Part shown: positions 7,671-10,431 of the stretch, in pieces
Numbering within the stretch: the first letter of the stretch is position 1
Layout of the letters: every line of letters starts with the position of its first letter
DNA from: a virus
Lineage: Duplodnaviria > Heunggongvirae > Uroviricota > Caudoviricetes
Length of the DNA stretch: 10,431 bases
Strand: one strand, 5' to 3'
Virus record (IMG/VR): IMGVR_UViG_3300022747_000014
Notes under the pieces: generated by a model
What the model was told of the DNA's origin: nothing
The model's input: only the letters and a program-made list of their open reading frames with translations
The model's database searches: none
Made by a program: the position numbers and the translations under genes

Positions 7671-7707
7671 GCCGTTAATGGCATGATTTTGTATTTACTT
7701 GATTACT

Positions 7708-7739
7708 GTTAAACTTATCTGCTAGTTTAACTGGTAGAT
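7708..7739 (+). other. Intergenic overlapping inverted repeats (two alternative hairpins)
   Basis: GTTAAACT(7708-7715)/AGTTTAAC(7724-7731) is a perfect 8-bp stem. ATCTGCTAG(7717-7725)/CTGGTAGAT(7731-7739) is a 9-bp stem with two G-U pairs. The two stems share bases. Confidence 0.45.
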
Positions 7740-7745
7740 TCTCGC

Positions 7746-7776
7746 CTTAAATATTCTTACGAAAAATAAAAGGAGG
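7746..7776 (+). promoter_or_regulatory. Late-promoter-like TAAATA core (7748-7753) and strong RBS AGGAGG (7771-7776) for the cell-wall hydrolase
   Basis: CTTAAATA in the 112-nt intergenic gap. AGGAGG lies 6 nt before the ATG at 7783. The RBS is clear; the promoter is tentative. Confidence 0.55.
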
Positions 7777-7782
7777 ACGAAA

Positions 7783-8343
7783 ATGAAAAAAATGATTTCG
7801 ATCATCGTATCAATAATCGCCCTGGCAATGCCAAGCATTGCCTTTGCAGCCAACTCAGAACTTGACTGTTTGGCTCGAAATATCTATCACGAAAGTGCAG
7901 GCCAACCTGAGGAAGGAATGGTCGCTGTTGGAGTAGTAACTCTCAACAGAGTTGGTGATAGTAGATTTAGCTCATCAGTATGTGGTGTAGTTAATCAACG
8001 TGTGACTAAATCAGTTTCACGCACAGTACTAACTACCAAGGAAGTTAGTCGCCGTTGGGTCGGCACACAAACAGTTACAGTTGAACAAACAATCTGGAAC
8101 AAGATCAACATCTGCCAATTTAGTTGGAAGTGCCAAAATGTAAAGGCTCCTAAAAAGGATGACAGTAAGTGGGAAGAAAGTTTACGAATCGCTAAAGAAC
8201 TATTATCAGGCGGGTATGAGGAGCTAAGGGTTAAATACTCTGATGCCTTGTTTTTTCATGCACGTCAAGTTCGTCCATCCTGGGCCCCACAGAAGCGTAG
8301 AATTGAACGTATAGGCGGACATATATTTTACGCAGATATCTAA
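7783..8343 (+). CDS. SleB-like cell wall hydrolase (Hydrolase_2 type) with Sec signal peptide
   Basis: CLARNIYHES (catalytic Glu37), AVGVVTLNRV, VCGVV, CQFSW, ALFFH, PSWA and IGGHIFY motifs. N-terminus MKK + hydrophobic core + AFA cleavage site. Confidence 0.92.
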   Translation: MKKMISIIVSIIALAMPSIAFAANSELDCLARNIYHESAGQPEEGMVAVGVVTLNRVGDSRFSSSVCGVVNQRVTKSVSRTVLTTKEVSRRWVGTQTVTVEQTIWNKINICQFSWKCQNVKAPKKDDSKWEESLRIAKELLSGGYEELRVKYSDALFFHARQVRPSWAPQKRRIERIGGHIFYADI

Positions 8344-8916
8344 ATGTTTTTTGAAACTTATTACCGGTTGCTAGATGTAGGAGACTACTATCAAGCGAAA
8401 AATTGTAATCTAGCAGCTAGTGAGATAACCCAAATAATCCGTAGACAGTTTTCTGCTACGGATTATTCTTTTTCAACTTTAAGATCCAGTGAAGTATCCA
8501 AGGATACAATTTGTGTTAGTGGATTCTACGACAATGGGGAGATTGAGCTGGTGCTCTATTACAACCCGCAGCAGAGAATCTTTAAGAGCAAAAACATAGA
8601 CTGGCAACGATTGGTGTTTGATGTTGCAGAAGTGCTAACACACGAACTTATACACGACTACCAGGACCGAACAAAACAAAAGTTTAAGAAATACAAAAGT
8701 GATCAATTTGATCAAAGCTATCTAGGCGACGAGTCTGAGATTGATGCATATGCATTTAGCATATGTGCTGAAAGTTTAGTGTACAATAGACATTACAAGA
8801 AATGCTCTATGTACCAAGTGTATCGAAAGACTTTTGACAAAGACCGTTCAGTGATAGTAAAATTAGAAAAAGAAATACTTAAATATTTAAATAGACTGGA
8901 GCAAAACAATGACTAA
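8344..8916 (+). CDS. Putative zinc metallopeptidase (HExxH, gluzincin-like)
   Basis: THELIH (H100-E101-H104) plus downstream EIDAY (E132, probable third ligand). ATG directly follows the hydrolase TAA. Confidence 0.7.
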   Translation: MFFETYYRLLDVGDYYQAKNCNLAASEITQIIRRQFSATDYSFSTLRSSEVSKDTICVSGFYDNGEIELVLYYNPQQRIFKSKNIDWQRLVFDVAEVLTHELIHDYQDRTKQKFKKYKSDQFDQSYLGDESEIDAYAFSICAESLVYNRHYKKCSMYQVYRKTFDKDRSVIVKLEKEILKYLNRLEQNND

Positions 8917-9133
8917 GCCTGCCACAGAAGTAGAACTAGCATTTGACGAAGCATACGATGCAGACATTGCAGACGACGATTATGTATTTGTTATTGGGCC
9001 CAATGGTGAGCTTAAACAGGTTATTCTCCCGGATGACCTTCCATTTGAATCTCCTAAGAATGTATCCAAAATACTAAAAATGTTTAAAATTTGGGACATT
9101 GAACTACTTGACGGAAATGACACAATCCATTAA
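8909..9133 (+). CDS. Small acidic hypothetical protein (74 aa)
   Basis: 8-nt overlap with the upstream gene, GGAG RBS-like sequence upstream, 17 Asp/Glu versus 6 Lys. Confidence 0.8.
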   Translation: MTKPATEVELAFDEAYDADIADDDYVFVIGPNGELKQVILPDDLPFESPKNVSKILKMFKIWDIELLDGNDTIH

Positions 9134-9138
9134 CCAAA

Positions 9139-9152
9139 TTTGTGCTACAATA
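9139..9152 (+). promoter_or_regulatory. Sigma70-type extended -10 promoter (TGTGCTACAAT), probably leaderless transcript
   Basis: TGn-TACAAT at 9143-9151. The ATG at 9158 lies 7 nt downstream. No canonical -35. Confidence 0.65.
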
Positions 9153-9157
9153 GTGGC

Positions 9158-9283
9158 ATGACTTTTAAAGAATGGCTTAGATCACTAGAACCCCCACGTA
9201 AGCAAACCGCTGGCGAAGATTTTGCGGACTCCATTGGACTAATAGTTCTAATGGGACTGGTTTGCCTGGTTGTTTTTATCTAA
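9158..9283 (+). CDS. 41-aa small membrane protein (not in the ORF track)
   Basis: Translated by hand: MTFKEWLRSLEPPRKQTAGEDFADSIGLIVLMGLVCLVVFI*. C-terminal 16 residues are hydrophobic. Fills the gap between two promoters. Confidence 0.65.
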   Translation: MTFKEWLRSLEPPRKQTAGEDFADSIGLIVLMGLVCLVVFI

Positions 9284-9284
9284 C

Positions 9285-9302
9285 TGTTGTATTTTTACAA
9301 CA
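9285..9302. promoter_or_regulatory. Perfect palindrome TGTTGTA-TTTT-TACAACA, operator-like
   Basis: 7-bp arms with a 4-bp spacer, ending 2 bp before the -35 hexamer of the next promoter. Confidence 0.55.
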
Positions 9303-9304
9303 CA

Positions 9305-9334
9305 TTGTACTGGCTCGAGCTTTGTGCTATAATA
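9305..9334 (+). promoter_or_regulatory. Sigma70-type promoter: -35 TTGTAC, 17-bp spacer, extended -10 TGTGCTATAAT
   Basis: TTGTAC 9305-9310, TG 9325-9326, perfect TATAAT 9328-9333. Confidence 0.8.
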
Positions 9335-9364
9335 TAGCTATTGCAACAAACTGGAACTTCAAAA

Positions 9365-9706
9365 ATGCGTAAACTCAATACAACACTGCACACAGATGGC
9401 TGCGGTTACTGGACCGAAGTTGCTAAAGCTGTTAAGATCGTTGGCATGGATTTGGCCTACATCAGTGACTGCGAAAAGTTTGGCGAACTGCGTGTCTATT
9501 TTGACACTAAATCGTGGAACGTAAACAAAGATAGTTTGATCTACACTGATCGCCAATTTGAAAAGGAATTAAAAGCCTACCTGACCAGCATTGGCCTAGT
9601 TGGCAAAGATGTCAGCTACAGCGAGCAAGGTATGCAAGGCCTTAACTATGTGAGCCTGGATGTAGGCAAGCACTTTATTAAAAGCTATGAGCGACACATT
9701 GCCTGA
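9365..9706 (+). CDS. Hypothetical phage protein (113 aa from ATG 9365; the track uses TTG 9341)
   Basis: ATG preferred over TTG because it has a weak GGA RBS at 9353-9355, whereas the TTG lies at the predicted transcription start. Motif-like segments DGCGYW, FGELRVYF, LIYTD and YSEQGMQG. Function unknown. Confidence 0.8.
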   Translation: MRKLNTTLHTDGCGYWTEVAKAVKIVGMDLAYISDCEKFGELRVYFDTKSWNVNKDSLIYTDRQFEKELKAYLTSIGLVGKDVSYSEQGMQGLNYVSLDVGKHFIKSYERHIA

Positions 9707-10085
9707 CTACAAAGACAGCAATGTCTTTTTGATTTTCTGGGACTGCCATGGGCTTGAATCCTGCATCGACATTACAGAGGATATGTCACGTGGTAACGAG
9801 TTTGACCGCGACAGCATTTTTGAGCGTATCAAGAATCCAGAAAAAGAACCACATAACGAGCATGTGCATCGAGTTAATCATATGATCAATTCAATGAGTA
9901 TGCGGGCCCGTTTCAATCCACAGCGTAATTATGAGCTTTACTTTATTCACACTGTAAAGTCAATTACACAAGATCAATTTGAAACAATGTTTGAACAAGA
10001 TCCGCAATCGGCAGTTGAGTTGATTCGTGAACGTGGACAAAAATTGTTTAGCCACCGTAGTACAACCGAAAGGGTAATATCATGA
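9687..10085 (+). CDS. Hypothetical phage protein (132 aa)
   Basis: 20-nt overlap with the upstream gene. Motif-like segments WDCHGLE, MRARFNPQRNYELY and PQ..V.LIRERG.KLFS resemble a conserved hypothetical family of large phages (recognition only). Confidence 0.8.
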   Translation: MSDTLPDYKDSNVFLIFWDCHGLESCIDITEDMSRGNEFDRDSIFERIKNPEKEPHNEHVHRVNHMINSMSMRARFNPQRNYELYFIHTVKSITQDQFETMFEQDPQSAVELIRERGQKLFSHRSTTERVIS

Positions 10086-10222
10086 ATAAAGAACAACTAT
10101 ACACTATGCACTGGACACAGATCTACACCGAATGGTGTGATTATGTAGACCAAGAGATTCTCGAAATTTCGGACTTTGCAGAAGCCAAACAAGTCATTGC
10201 TGACATTAAGGCCAAGCGGTGA
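10082..10222 (+). CDS. 46-aa hypothetical protein (not in the ORF track)
   Basis: MNKEQLYTMHWTQIYTEWCDYVDQEILEISDFAEAKQVIADIKAKR*. ATGA overlap with the upstream stop and GTGA overlap with the next ORF. Confidence 0.7.
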   Translation: MNKEQLYTMHWTQIYTEWCDYVDQEILEISDFAEAKQVIADIKAKR

Positions 10223-10431
10223 GCGAACTTAAGGATCTCATACTCGATGTTTATCACGGAAGAATTTCCATTGACGAGTTGACTGACGAAGAGTATGACG
10301 CTGTAGTAGAAGGCTTTAAGCAAGTTGCAGAAGAACTAGTCAAGATGTCTGAAACTAGCCAAGCTGGCCAGTTAATACTTGATGCCATTGCAACCGCAGA
10401 AGCTGACCCATTTGAACAAGAAATTCAAGCT
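10219..10431 (+). CDS. Acidic hypothetical protein, 3'-truncated (not in the ORF track)
   Basis: GTG start overlapping TGA, AAGG upstream, 71 open codons to the window end: MSELKDLILDVYHGRISIDELTDEEYDAVVEGFKQVAEELVKMSETSQAGQLILDAIATAEADPFEQEIQA... Confidence 0.7.
   Translation, partial: MSELKDLILDVYHGRISIDELTDEEYDAVVEGFKQVAEELVKMSETSQAGQLILDAIATAEADPFEQEIQA

Noticed and set aside
7671-7695. Intrinsic terminator after the 610-aa gene (GCCG-TTAA-TGGC followed by T-rich sequence)
   Set aside because: Only a 4-bp stem with one G-U pair and no immediate U-tract, too weak to call.
2012-8343. SGNH proteins as peptidoglycan de-O-acetylases assisting the SleB-like hydrolase
   Set aside because: Attractive by analogy to Ape1, but both SGNH proteins lack signal peptides and are not adjacent to the hydrolase, so the sequence gives no support.
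9108-9113. TTGACG as the -35 for the promoter at 9146
   Set aside because: The spacer would be 32 bp, far from the required 16-18 bp.
9359-10323. Minus-strand ORFs 9359..9556 and 10141..10323
   Set aside because: Antisense to a coupled chain of plus-strand ORFs downstream of a strong plus-strand promoter.
3-10431. Stop-codon reassignment: none of the 16 complete genes ends in TAG
   Set aside because: All genes are intact under the standard code, coding density is already near complete, and no in-frame TAG interrupts a conserved gene. TAG is simply rare in AT-rich phages.
1-10431. tRNA, rRNA, CRISPR array or tandem repeats
   Set aside because: Intergenic space is minimal and no cloverleaf or repeat-spacer pattern was seen.

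Overview
Gene-dense, almost entirely + strand segment that looks like a large tailed (T4-like/myovirus-type) bacteriophage genome. The phage call is inferred from class Ia RNR genes, glutaredoxin, a PAAR spike-tip gene, a SleB-type cell-wall hydrolase, T4-late-like TATAAATA boxes and short hypothetical ORFs. From left to right: (1) 5'-truncated nrdA, an SGNH-like hydrolase, nrdB, a second SGNH-like hydrolase, glutaredoxin, a possible CxxC-less glutaredoxin-like protein and an Sm-like protein. (2) A PAAR protein and a 610-aa probable virion protein. Genes from nrdA to 7670 are chained by ATGA/GTGA/TAATG overlaps or gaps of 1-19 nt. (3) A secreted SleB-like hydrolase, an HExxH metallopeptidase and a small acidic protein. 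(4) Two near-identical extended -10 promoters, an operator-like palindrome and a run of small ORFs, three of which the supplied ORF track missed (9158..9283, 10082..10222, 10219..>10431). The most unusual feature is the pair of divergent 'GCS' SGNH-like paralogs interleaved and translationally coupled inside the nrdA-nrdB-grx operon. No tRNA, rRNA, CRISPR array, intron or intein was seen. All family assignments come from motif recognition by eye, not from database searches.
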